Sequence record: PQ287642.1
DNA: 64,000 bases
Strand: one strand, 5' to 3'
The notes under the pieces were generated by a model, which was not told where the DNA came from, made no database searches, and saw only the letters and a list, made by a program, of their open reading frames with translations. Positions within the stretch are counted from its first letter, which is position 1. The number at the start of each line of letters is the position of its first letter. Made by a program: the position numbers and the translations under genes. Positions 47,216 to 55,662 of this stretch are shown in pieces.

Positions 47216-47244
47216 CCCTCTCCCGAAGGAGAGGGCTTTATGCC
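47216..47244. terminator. Hairpin with TTTATGCC tail
   Basis: CCCTCTCC-CGAA-GGAGAGGG. Confidence 0.8.
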
Positions 47245-48030
47245 TTAACGATTACTAAGCTTGATCATGGAGACAAACTTAGGATCCCAAGCCAGCCTAT
47301 CCATATCAAAGTAACGGATAGGATGCATCATGAATCCAACTGCAACTCCATGATAGATACTTTCGACATCATCAACTGCGATAACAACAGAACGGGTGTA
47401 TTCATTCGCATCGTTTTTCATTACGTGTACGAACGATTTGACACCCTTGCTACCAGTCAACCATTCAAGCCGTCGTTTAGCTACCTCCGCAAAACGCAGA
47501 ACCTCTGGACGAACCCATTGCGGGTAATGTAAGACATTATTGTTTTCCAGTTTACGAATAGAATCAGTCTCTTCATCGAGATCACCAAATACATAGGACG
47601 ATACCAAACCCATGATCTGGAAATTAACCGGTTTATCAGAGGCGTCTGTAATCACCTGGTACACACCAGTAGTATTAGACAAGAAGCCACGGTCAGAGAA
47701 CTCATCTACTACATCACGATACGCACGTTGAATACGTTGTTCGATCCACCCACATTTTTCAATGTAAACGTCACGCAACAAAGACTTAACATGGGCAACG
47801 TACGATTCCTCATTGAAAGAAGAATTCAATCCACGTACGTTCAAGTAAGAACGATCTCGTCCTTCGAACGTGACAGTTGGTTTACTCCAACCACTGTGGC
47901 TTTCCACCTGTACACGGATGTTGTACGCATCCAAGGCGCCATTACCTGTAATATCGAACCAGATGGTGTCTAGATGGTTTTTGGTGAGCCCTAATTCTTT
48001 TGCGTTAAAACTAAAATCAATATTGCTCAT
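47245..48030 (-). CDS. Hypothetical early protein
   Basis: 261 aa, AGGAG RBS. Confidence 0.75.
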   Translation of the reverse strand: MSNIDFSFNAKELGLTKNHLDTIWFDITGNGALDAYNIRVQVESHSGWSKPTVTFEGRDRSYLNVRGLNSSFNEESYVAHVKSLLRDVYIEKCGWIEQRIQRAYRDVVDEFSDRGFLSNTTGVYQVITDASDKPVNFQIMGLVSSYVFGDLDEETDSIRKLENNNVLHYPQWVRPEVLRFAEVAKRRLEWLTGSKGVKSFVHVMKNDANEYTRSVVIAVDDVESIYHGVAVGFMMHPIRYFDMDRLAWDPKFVSMIKLSNR

Positions 48031-48064
48031 CGTAACTCCTATTTAGTGATTGAATATCATTTTA

Positions 48065-48082
48065 GTAATATAGATTTAAAAA
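48065..48082 (-). promoter_or_regulatory. Early promoter
   Basis: TTTTTAAATCTATATTAC. Confidence 0.8.
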
Positions 48083-48090
48083 CAAATACA

Positions 48091-48115
48091 ACATAAAGCC
48101 TCCCCGAAGGGAGGC
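48091..48115 (-). terminator. Hairpin with TTTATGT tail
   Basis: GCCTCCC-TTCG-GGGAGGC. Confidence 0.8.
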
Positions 48116-48122
48116 GTTTATA

Positions 48123-48428
48123 TTACTCGCGTTCAACCCATGGACGAAGATCCATTACTGTGGGAGCAGCCTTTTTAATGTAAGTTAAGATAGAGGCTTT
48201 GTCAACTGTAGGTTCTAAAGCGATACCAATTACGATACTATCTTTATTACGGATCAGTAGACGTGGTTTATTGCTCTCCAGACGTTGTTCTTCGAAGAGA
48301 ATCTTACTTGGATAGGGTAAGTCATAGGGAAGTTGAAAAAGCTTATGTAGGACCATTGGAACGATTTCTAGAGGGGTACCTAGTTCGGCTTTTATTTCTT
48401 CCAAGGTAACTTCAAATTGTGTTGCCAT
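48123..48428 (-). CDS. Hypothetical protein
   Basis: 101 aa, AAGGA RBS. Confidence 0.7.
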   Translation of the reverse strand: MATQFEVTLEEIKAELGTPLEIVPMVLHKLFQLPYDLPYPSKILFEEQRLESNKPRLLIRNKDSIVIGIALEPTVDKASILTYIKKAAPTVMDLRPWVERE

Positions 48429-48437
48429 GTTAAATCC

Positions 48438-49199
48438 TTAGATTGTGTAATATTCGTGATAACGGCGAAGTTTGTCATCATCCAACGCGATCTCTTGATA
48501 ACTGATCGTAATCTTCATGTGGTTCCATGGAGATCGGAATGCGCGTCCAGTTAACGATACTTCACGGTAATCATTTACGTGTTCGTCTTTCACTTCTTCC
48601 TCGAACACGACCCCGAGTTTACTAAAACGTTTAATCAGTAGTTCAATAGATCTACCAAGCTCACCGGGGACATCCGGAAATTCTGTTGCTGATGCAATTC
48701 TAGGCATGATCACAGGACCATCTTCAACTTCATAATCTACCTTGAATACAACAACACCCAAATCTTTTTGGATTGGTCGGAAAATACGATAACCATCTTT
48801 GGACCTCCGAAGCTTATATCCATCATCCGGATGTGCTTCTTGTAGGGCCTCTAAATGATCCTCTAGTGCGCGAACGACACCACGGTTATACCGTAGCTCT
48901 CTTTCACGATAATCGCGTTCAAACGCTTCCTGCGGGCCTTCTTTTGTAAATTCTTTTACAACGGTGTATTCAATCGTTTCACCAGTCAGATGATCGGTGA
49001 TAACGAATAAGTACGTCATGGCATCAACCAAAGAATGTTGAACGCTATACCGGGTCATATCACATGGAATGGCACCAGCTCGTTCTTCTTTGAGATAATC
49101 AAACATGTCTTTGAGATGGGCCCAAACATCACAATCGCTACCTAGTCCATCCAGGTCAATCGATGTATCCGGGATTTCTCTCTGAGCACAACAACTCAT
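48438..49199 (-). CDS. Hypothetical protein
   Basis: About 253 aa; ATG 49199 with AGAGG RBS. Confidence 0.7.
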   Translation of the reverse strand: MSCCAQREIPDTSIDLDGLGSDCDVWAHLKDMFDYLKEERAGAIPCDMTRYSVQHSLVDAMTYLFVITDHLTGETIEYTVVKEFTKEGPQEAFERDYRERELRYNRGVVRALEDHLEALQEAHPDDGYKLRRSKDGYRIFRPIQKDLGVVVFKVDYEVEDGPVIMPRIASATEFPDVPGELGRSIELLIKRFSKLGVVFEEEVKDEHVNDYREVSLTGRAFRSPWNHMKITISYQEIALDDDKLRRYHEYYTI

Positions 49200-49247
49200 A
49201 CGCACCTCTTCAATTATATTTGGCGTTCACATGATAAAAGAAAAAGG

Positions 49248-49276
49248 CGACATATAGCCTCTCCCGAAGGAGAGGC
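49248..49276 (-). terminator. Hairpin with TATATGTCG tail
   Basis: GCCTCTCC-TTCG-GGAGAGGC. Confidence 0.8.
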
Positions 49277-49286
49277 CAATGCCAGG

Positions 49287-49634
49287 TTAAGATTTCACCT
49301 GTTCATCCAGGGAAGCAAGAAACTTCTCCCAAGCGGGGCGAACCCCATGGAGGTAGTAGCTATTCTGAGTAGTCTTTTTCAGGGACTCTACGGAACATTC
49401 TTCAGGATCCCATTGATTATCGCCACCACTGCCCGGACTGAGCCCATAGCAGCTGCAATGTGAACCGTGGACCTCGTAGTATTTACCATCGCGCTCAAAG
49501 AGCACGAAAGCACTACCCGAGTAATCCTCGTATTCATACCACGCAAAAAGAATGGTAGCGTTATCAAGTTCACCCTTAGTCAGACCGAACTCAGAAATTA
49601 CATCTTGCTCATTTTCAAAAATACCGAAGTACAT
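49287..49634 (-). CDS. Phage protein of unknown function with a GSHCSCYG motif
   Basis: Start ATG 49634 with AGGTG RBS; YEDYSGSA...EVHGSHCSCYGL. Confidence 0.75.
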   Translation of the reverse strand: MYFGIFENEQDVISEFGLTKGELDNATILFAWYEYEDYSGSAFVLFERDGKYYEVHGSHCSCYGLSPGSGGDNQWDPEECSVESLKKTTQNSYYLHGVRPAWEKFLASLDEQVKS

Positions 49635-49742
49635 GATTTCACCTTTATGTTGTCTTTGCGGAATGCAAAAAAACGTTTGCAACGTTCATGCAAAATAGAC
49701 AACAGGGAAATCTAACCTGTATTAAATACTGGATCTCAGTAT

Positions 49743-50126
49743 TTATTCATCATCGAACTCTATACGGATATTGAGTTTACGATAAAGAGCAATCGCTTCT
49801 TTGTTGTTCTTGTTAACAACGGTGTTGGTGACTTTGGTGTGTTTCAGCAGTGCTTTACCAAGACCTTTACCGCGAGCTTTGCTTGCCACGTGAATAAGGT
49901 CAAGTGTATGGCTCGGTTCCAGTACAATGGCGTAGCCCAGCATTTCACCATCCAAAAATGCTCCGTAGGCTTTCCGACCAATGCGGAAGGATGGCTTTGT
50001 TAACAAAGTTTTAATACTATCTAGATCTACGACTGGCTCTAAATAAAAGGGAAGTTCCTTTTCAGCGTACTTATTCAAATACGCTTCGATGTCAGAATAC
50101 GTCACAGGTTTAATTTGAATACTCAT
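49743..50126 (-). CDS. GNAT-family acetyltransferase
   Basis: Acetyl-CoA motif A VASKARGKGLGKALL and motif B NKEAIALYRKL. Confidence 0.85.
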   Translation of the reverse strand: MSIQIKPVTYSDIEAYLNKYAEKELPFYLEPVVDLDSIKTLLTKPSFRIGRKAYGAFLDGEMLGYAIVLEPSHTLDLIHVASKARGKGLGKALLKHTKVTNTVVNKNNKEAIALYRKLNIRIEFDDE

Positions 50127-50210
50127 CTGTGTTCTCTAAAGTCTTCCCCGAAGGGAGTGCGGTGCGATTAATCTAACAATGCCTGGTCGAGAAGCGATTC
50201 AAGGTAGTCA

Positions 50211-50233
50211 GGGAGGACAACGTGTGTCCTCCC
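50211..50233. terminator. Hairpin
   Basis: GGGAGGACA-ACGTG-TGTCCTCCC. Confidence 0.6.
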
Positions 50234-50245
50234 GACCTTTATGAA

Positions 50246-50872
50246 CTACCCAAAGACTTTAATGAATGCTTCTGGCCAGAGCATGGTTTTGAAATCAACC
50301 CCATTAAGTTCAATTACAAGAAAACCGTGTTCCAGTTTAAGTCGGATGATATCAGTCTCGTCCATCTCACGTTCAGCTACATTTGACATGTAAGCAAACA
50401 CAGCCTCGTTCGGAATCATGTATGTCTCATCCACATATGCCTTTACAACGAACAGAACGTTCTGGCATTGGATGTAATGAGTTTCAGAGAGTTCATCATA
50501 ACTGAATCGAGCTCGAACAGCAGTCTTCTGGTGAAGACTATTTGCGGTGATCTCGATATCCGTGATAACAGCCATCGCTTTAGACAATGCAAAGGTAGAC
50601 ATGCTACCAGAGCCTAACCAAAGGCGATGAATTTCCGTGGGAGTTAGATCAACAGCGGACATGGGAATTTCGATAGTCGAACTATCGTAAACTTCAATGC
50701 AGTCACTGGCATACTCACCATTAATCAAGAAACGGAATACATTCCCATCTTGCTCATACTTCCAGCGGGAACCAACATTGCGCATCATTCCATCCAGATA
50801 CAGTGCGACAACGTCAGACTTACTTGGGGATTTGAAAGTTACTTCTTCATTACGCAGGGTTGGTTGAGACAT
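50246..50872 (-). CDS. Hypothetical protein
   Basis: 208 aa, AGGAG RBS. Confidence 0.75.
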   Translation of the reverse strand: MSQPTLRNEEVTFKSPSKSDVVALYLDGMMRNVGSRWKYEQDGNVFRFLINGEYASDCIEVYDSSTIEIPMSAVDLTPTEIHRLWLGSGSMSTFALSKAMAVITDIEITANSLHQKTAVRARFSYDELSETHYIQCQNVLFVVKAYVDETYMIPNEAVFAYMSNVAEREMDETDIIRLKLEHGFLVIELNGVDFKTMLWPEAFIKVFG

Positions 50873-50881
50873 GATAACTCC

Positions 50882-51886
50882 TTAGAAATCAATGGTGATG
50901 GTTACTTCGTCTTTGTTATCGTCAATGGCACGGAGACTAATGATAGTCTCGTAATGACGAATGGACTTAGAAACAGATACCAGTTTAGTGGCACCGAGGA
51001 CATGGAGAGTATCCATGATTTCTTTTGCATCAATACTAGAAGGTTGATTTGCGTAACTAACTAGCAGTTGTTCAATGCGCTCTTGAGTAAGAGGTTCAAC
51101 GAATGCCGTTTGCTGGTCGATTGCAGAGTAATGTTCAAAATGACAAATTGTGTACTTACGTTTAAGAATGCCACCAACCTGACTAACGACATCCACACGC
51201 CGATGCGAATAACTGTAGTTTTCAAGAACATACAGATTGTCAGGGTACAGGGGAGCCAGTTTATCAACGATGCCATTTGAAGCTTCACCAATGGTGGAAT
51301 CGAGCTGCACCATTACATCACTACCAGCGTAATCGATCCGGACGTTTGCGTAAGGCTTTGCGTCAATAGTCCGGTTTGCTTGCTGTTCAGAGTGAAGGTA
51401 ATTCAATGCATAACCTTTACCGGCCAATTCGTCTGATACCTTAGCAAGGAGCTTCAATAGCTCACTACCAGCCGGACTCTTCTCAGCATACTCGCCATAA
51501 AGCGTGGCTAGTTCTTTACTTACCGACACCTTGGTGAAATCGGTGCTCCGTAGAACAATAGAATTACTGGAATTACGGTAAGGTTCGTAATAACCATCCT
51601 CTTCACCGAATCCATTATAACCACCCCCGTATTTACGAATGATGCCAATAGCACCAATCATCTTTCGGGTATTAAGATCGAAGATATACTGATTTAGTCT
51701 TGGACATTGATTTACAGAAACCTGGGTATTTTCATAGCCGGTATTATACCAATCACTTACCAGTAGGTTGCCATGAACACCAGGTTCGATCAGATCAAGA
51801 CCAACATATTTAGCTGACCAGTTTTCCCAGGTGAATTTGGGTTCTTCGTGTTTTACAGCTTCTTCTTTTACAACAACATTGGACAT
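50882..51886 (-). CDS. Hypothetical early protein
   Basis: True start ATG 51886 (AGAGG RBS, promoter upstream); about 334 aa. Confidence 0.75.
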   Translation of the reverse strand: MSNVVVKEEAVKHEEPKFTWENWSAKYVGLDLIEPGVHGNLLVSDWYNTGYENTQVSVNQCPRLNQYIFDLNTRKMIGAIGIIRKYGGGYNGFGEEDGYYEPYRNSSNSIVLRSTDFTKVSVSKELATLYGEYAEKSPAGSELLKLLAKVSDELAGKGYALNYLHSEQQANRTIDAKPYANVRIDYAGSDVMVQLDSTIGEASNGIVDKLAPLYPDNLYVLENYSYSHRRVDVVSQVGGILKRKYTICHFEHYSAIDQQTAFVEPLTQERIEQLLVSYANQPSSIDAKEIMDTLHVLGATKLVSVSKSIRHYETIISLRAIDDNKDEVTITIDF

Positions 51887-51925
51887 ATTGCAAAACCTCT
51901 TTTTAACGGAATGTTTAGCTTGCAT

Positions 51926-51943
51926 GTAATATAGATCTAAGAT
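51926..51943 (-). promoter_or_regulatory. Early promoter
   Basis: ATCTTAGATCTATATTAC. Confidence 0.8.
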
Positions 51944-51985
51944 ATTTTTTAGCGCAATGATCTGATTAATCAAAGAGGTATAACC

Positions 51986-53230
51986 ATGGCTCTCACTATT
52001 CGTCAAGTTCTTGACAAGCATTTCGAAGATGTCAAGTTTGACCGAGACCTTTGCAAACGAATCATCGACTACACCGTCCGTTACATGAACCGTAATGAAG
52101 ATCACTCTGCATTTTTTGGTGGAGTTCTTCTAGGTGTTCAAGAAGTTCGCTTCTATGATACTGACCGTGAGATTTGGTTTGATGACGTGCTACGTGTAGA
52201 TGACGATCTACTCCGTCACGATTTCGTTAAAGCTGAAGGTATCGATCCTACACACATTGTGGCATCTGATCCATTCAACCATATTCCAGGTTATCTTACG
52301 ATCCAACTGAATAAACGTAATGACATTCCGTTGAATATCAAACAAGAAGCAATTACATGCGCTTTCATGGTGCTACATTTTAAATATCTAACATCTCTAT
52401 TGGTTAGACGATTTAAATATCCGGCTAGGCGTGAAGTGGCCGAAGCGACATTTGCTGCCCTTAACTACAAGTTTGATATTAAAGCTATTGGTAGCTGGGG
52501 AAAATTAATTCGTGAACGTTCCGAGGGGATTTCTTCGAACGACACTTCGAATATTTATTACTCGTATCTTCATGATAAGATCGAGGATAAAGACGGCTAT
52601 ATGTCGAAACGCGTTGTAACTGACACGCAGTCACGTATCCGTGAATTGATCAATAAATACTACGAAGTTTATATCCGTACTTTACAATCTGGTTCTAGAT
52701 TGGTTATGACCTCTGACATTGGTGTCAATACTGATGGAGATCAAATACTAAGAGATAAAGTTAACGGTTATTCGGGTTATCTTCGCTACATGCATGGTGT
52801 TGTTAACAACGAACAGAACTTTATTAGACCTGAGCTATTGGGTGTGATTGAGAACTCAATGGCAGCTATGCCTCCAAAGCTTCTAGTGGAATCGCTACAG
52901 TACATGTCGCGAAATTATGGTCAACCGAGAATGGGTCATCTAGAGAAACTAGTTGATGAATGTCTGCTCTACGCGTTTGACTACATGCAGTCGATTAAAA
53001 CCTCTGTACAGCGTAATACCGACCTAAACGGTATTATCGTGAAGATCCGTGCTAAGCTGATGGCTTCGCGTTCAGAAGATCCACGTGTACTCTTTATGCG
53101 GGACACCGGTGAAGCAATGGTGAAAGAAGCAACGAAGATTAAGAACCCAGCTGTTATTGCAGCTACCCGTACTGGGATCATGCTTTACATTATTCTTCGA
53201 GCTATGACCAGGAATTATTATTCCAGGTAA
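51986..53230 (+). CDS. Conserved core virion protein (phiKZ gp32-like)
   Basis: 414 aa, AGAGG RBS; synteny near the sheath and tube genes. Confidence 0.65.
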   Translation: MALTIRQVLDKHFEDVKFDRDLCKRIIDYTVRYMNRNEDHSAFFGGVLLGVQEVRFYDTDREIWFDDVLRVDDDLLRHDFVKAEGIDPTHIVASDPFNHIPGYLTIQLNKRNDIPLNIKQEAITCAFMVLHFKYLTSLLVRRFKYPARREVAEATFAALNYKFDIKAIGSWGKLIRERSEGISSNDTSNIYYSYLHDKIEDKDGYMSKRVVTDTQSRIRELINKYYEVYIRTLQSGSRLVMTSDIGVNTDGDQILRDKVNGYSGYLRYMHGVVNNEQNFIRPELLGVIENSMAAMPPKLLVESLQYMSRNYGQPRMGHLEKLVDECLLYAFDYMQSIKTSVQRNTDLNGIIVKIRAKLMASRSEDPRVLFMRDTGEAMVKEATKIKNPAVIAATRTGIMLYIILRAMTRNYYSR

Positions 53231-53249
53231 AGAAAAAAAAAACATAAAT

Positions 53250-53280
53250 GCCCTCTCCCGAAGGAGAGGGCTTATGTCGT
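53250..53280. terminator. Bidirectional hairpin with TTATGTCGT tail
   Basis: GCCCTCTCC-CGAA-GGAGAGGGC. Confidence 0.85.
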
Positions 53281-53281
53281 G

Positions 53282-53497
53282 TTACTTGAATAAGTGGTCT
53301 GCCAGGATTACAACGAACAAAGCGAGTAATGTATTTCTCCCGCCTTTGAATACGCGTATCCACCACTTAGATCGTTTCAATGTAACTGAGTCACACCCAG
53401 CTAGCTTTTCATGTTCATATTGCTTTGTCGAATAGAGATATCCGATATTTAAAATCATTGCAATAAAGAACAGACTAGCTAAACCGAAAGCGATCAT
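53282..53497 (-). CDS. Small membrane protein (2 TM)
   Basis: 71 aa, hydrophobic termini. Confidence 0.65.
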   Translation of the reverse strand: MIAFGLASLFFIAMILNIGYLYSTKQYEHEKLAGCDSVTLKRSKWWIRVFKGGRNTLLALFVVILADHLFK

Positions 53498-53700
53498 TAG
53501 TTATTGTAATCAACTACAGATGCGAGAAGATCAGCGGCAGTCCGATCATCAGCATTCCATAGTTTATCACACCACTCCTTATCTTCCGGATTGGTGATTT
53601 TGTGAAGTTCCATGTAACTATGGAAAGCTTGACCCCAACGTAGATTCTTATCGAGGTTCTTAAAGGAAGCCAGTCGGGTGTAGGGAATTGTTATGGCCAT
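53497..53700 (-). CDS. Hypothetical early protein
   Basis: 67 aa. Confidence 0.7.
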   Translation of the reverse strand: MAITIPYTRLASFKNLDKNLRWGQAFHSYMELHKITNPEDKEWCDKLWNADDRTAADLLASVVDYNN

Positions 53701-53703
53701 AAC

Positions 53704-54069
53704 TCACCGTATGCATTTAAGGGTACGTTTAGTCTGTTCACTCAGAGGACCAGTGCAGTCACCAGTCTTCAGTGCTACCAGGGTTTGATAAAACTCAGTT
53801 AACAGTGGTCGATATTTGTCGATTTCATGTTCACTGTATTTGCCTTTAGGAAAAGCGATTGTGTAACCATCAGGTGGCGGCATGTCAAACTCGGTGAACA
53901 AGTCACCATTATCGACATAATTACAGATACCTTTGTTACAGTAGATCAGATCAGAACTATCTACCATTTCAGCGTAGAGTTGGGCATCGTATTCCACCGG
54001 ATTGAACGGATCAGCGACAGCGACTTGTAATGCAATAGTGGATACCACAGCGATGAACAGTTTACGCAT
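53704..54069 (-). CDS. Putative exported protein
   Basis: 121 aa; signal-peptide-like MRKLFIAVVSTIALQVAVA; four Cys. Confidence 0.7.
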   Translation of the reverse strand: MRKLFIAVVSTIALQVAVADPFNPVEYDAQLYAEMVDSSDLIYCNKGICNYVDNGDLFTEFDMPPPDGYTIAFPKGKYSEHEIDKYRPLLTEFYQTLVALKTGDCTGPLSEQTKRTLKCIR

Positions 54070-54080
54070 TTCGATGTTCC

Positions 54081-54440
54081 TTACTTAGCGGTTTTGAAAT
54101 GGTTGGTTACAGCGTTGATCAACATCTCTTCGATATCGACCTTACGGTATTCTGGTTCTGCGTTCTCGTCTTCTACCATATCCCAGTAGATAGTGGCACG
54201 CAGCAGCGCTGGTGCAATGAAACGAATGATCTTGCCAGTAGCATCGAACTCCACGCTGAACATGGCATACTGTTCAGAGGTACCAGCTTTGTAGAAGATG
54301 AACGATCCGGCGAAGGTACGAATCTCCAGTTCACCGAAGGTACTGATACGGACTTGTTTATCGAAGTACTCACCTTTGGTGCGCATATTGTCTTCGATAA
54401 CAGTGAACAGTTCTTTGAGAAGTTCTTTATTGAGGTGCAT
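54081..54440 (-). CDS. Hypothetical early protein
   Basis: 119 aa after an early promoter. Confidence 0.75.
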   Translation of the reverse strand: MHLNKELLKELFTVIEDNMRTKGEYFDKQVRISTFGELEIRTFAGSFIFYKAGTSEQYAMFSVEFDATGKIIRFIAPALLRATIYWDMVEDENAEPEYRKVDIEEMLINAVTNHFKTAK

Positions 54441-54475
54441 TTGTAGATCCCTATTGTGGTATTGAATTCACATTT

Positions 54476-54493
54476 GTAATATAGGTTTTTAAT
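54476..54493 (-). promoter_or_regulatory. Early promoter
   Basis: ATTAAAAACCTATATTAC. Confidence 0.75.
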
Positions 54494-54509
54494 ATATTTA
54501 AATACAAGC

Positions 54510-54536
54510 CGACATAAAGCCCAGCCGAAGCTGGGC
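54510..54536 (-). terminator. Terminator of the tail operon with TTTATGTCG tail
   Basis: GCCCAGC-TTCG-GCTGGGC. Confidence 0.8.
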
Positions 54537-54542
54537 CATATA

Positions 54543-54755
54543 TCAAGCGTACTGTGCGTTTGCTTCTACGGGTAAACCACGAGCGATGTTATCTGCATCG
54601 GTAGCTACAGAAGCAGCTACTCGATTAATACGGTGCCAAAGACCATTATCCTCAGCAGCGACATCAGCAGAGATCAAATCGTTATACCTTTCAACGGAAC
54701 CCCCTTGAGCGGGAGTTTGCGTCGAAGCATCATCTAGCTTAAGGGGATTAGCCAT
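54543..54755 (-). CDS. Small protein co-transcribed with the tail tube
   Basis: 70 aa, TAATG coupling. Confidence 0.65.
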   Translation of the reverse strand: MANPLKLDDASTQTPAQGGSVERYNDLISADVAAEDNGLWHRINRVAASVATDADNIARGLPVEANAQYA

Positions 54756-55630
54756 TAGTCAGCACCATCGTAGGTTACACGGTTAGTAGCGGATTTCTCC
54801 AGCTGATCACGCAGACCAATGTTGGCAGCACGTACGTCAGCAGAGATGGATTCAATCCAACCACGTTGTTCGTTCGGGTTCATCCCTTTAATGTTCAGTG
54901 TACGGAACAGTTGACGAGCATACATGGTAACACCTTCAGATACGTCAGTCATCGCCGAGAACTCAATACTGAGGTCAAGGTTCTGGCCGATCTGAGCGGC
55001 GTCTTTACGGCTCTCCCATTGACCAGTCGACAGCGGGAACATGTTGGTGCAGAGATATGCGCTAACAACGTCTTGGAAAGTCGGGTCTGGTTCAACGAAT
55101 AGAATCGTGGCACCGTAGAAGGTAGCATCGTATTTCTCCGGCGGAACGTTACCTTCTGCAACGATACGCGGGATCTTGGTATTCTCGTCACCGATACCGT
55201 AGGTGATCCACCACTTCAGGTAACGCTGGATAGCACGACCTTGCAGTTCCCAGCAACCCAACGACGGAGTCGAACGAGCACGGGTAACGTTGGTGGCAGC
55301 CTGGATGGCTTCACCAGAACCACCCCAAGGAGCTTCTGCGGTATCAACAGTTACAGTCTGCTGTAGACCATCGATAGTACGAACATGGTTCTCTACCAGG
55401 GCTTTAAGCGAACGAACTAGTTGCCGGCTATTGCTAGCGTATTGGAAGAAGCGTGGAGCTTCCAGAAGGAACGGGACGAGGTTCCGGCTAACGTAAGGAG
55501 TGTTACTCGCAAGGTTAGCCAGATCAGGACGAAAGACATCCGTACCAGCCTGAGCCAGGTTGATGGTGTTCTTGGAACCACCTGCACCGTAGCCGGACTG
55601 AGGAGCCATCGGGTCATTATAACGTTTCAT
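54755..55630 (-). CDS. Tail tube protein (phiKZ gp30-like)
   Basis: 291 aa immediately after the sheath; YLCTNMFP motif. Confidence 0.8.
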   Translation of the reverse strand: MKRYNDPMAPQSGYGAGGSKNTINLAQAGTDVFRPDLANLASNTPYVSRNLVPFLLEAPRFFQYASNSRQLVRSLKALVENHVRTIDGLQQTVTVDTAEAPWGGSGEAIQAATNVTRARSTPSLGCWELQGRAIQRYLKWWITYGIGDENTKIPRIVAEGNVPPEKYDATFYGATILFVEPDPTFQDVVSAYLCTNMFPLSTGQWESRKDAAQIGQNLDLSIEFSAMTDVSEGVTMYARQLFRTLNIKGMNPNEQRGWIESISADVRAANIGLRDQLEKSATNRVTYDGAD

Positions 55631-55662
55631 TTCGATTCCTCAAAAATGAGTAGTTACCGAGC

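Noticed and set aside
19525-52105. ORF-track N-terminal extensions (20775, 40022, 43374, 49682, 52105)
   Set aside because: They overlap neighbouring genes, terminators or promoters; downstream ATGs have proper RBSs
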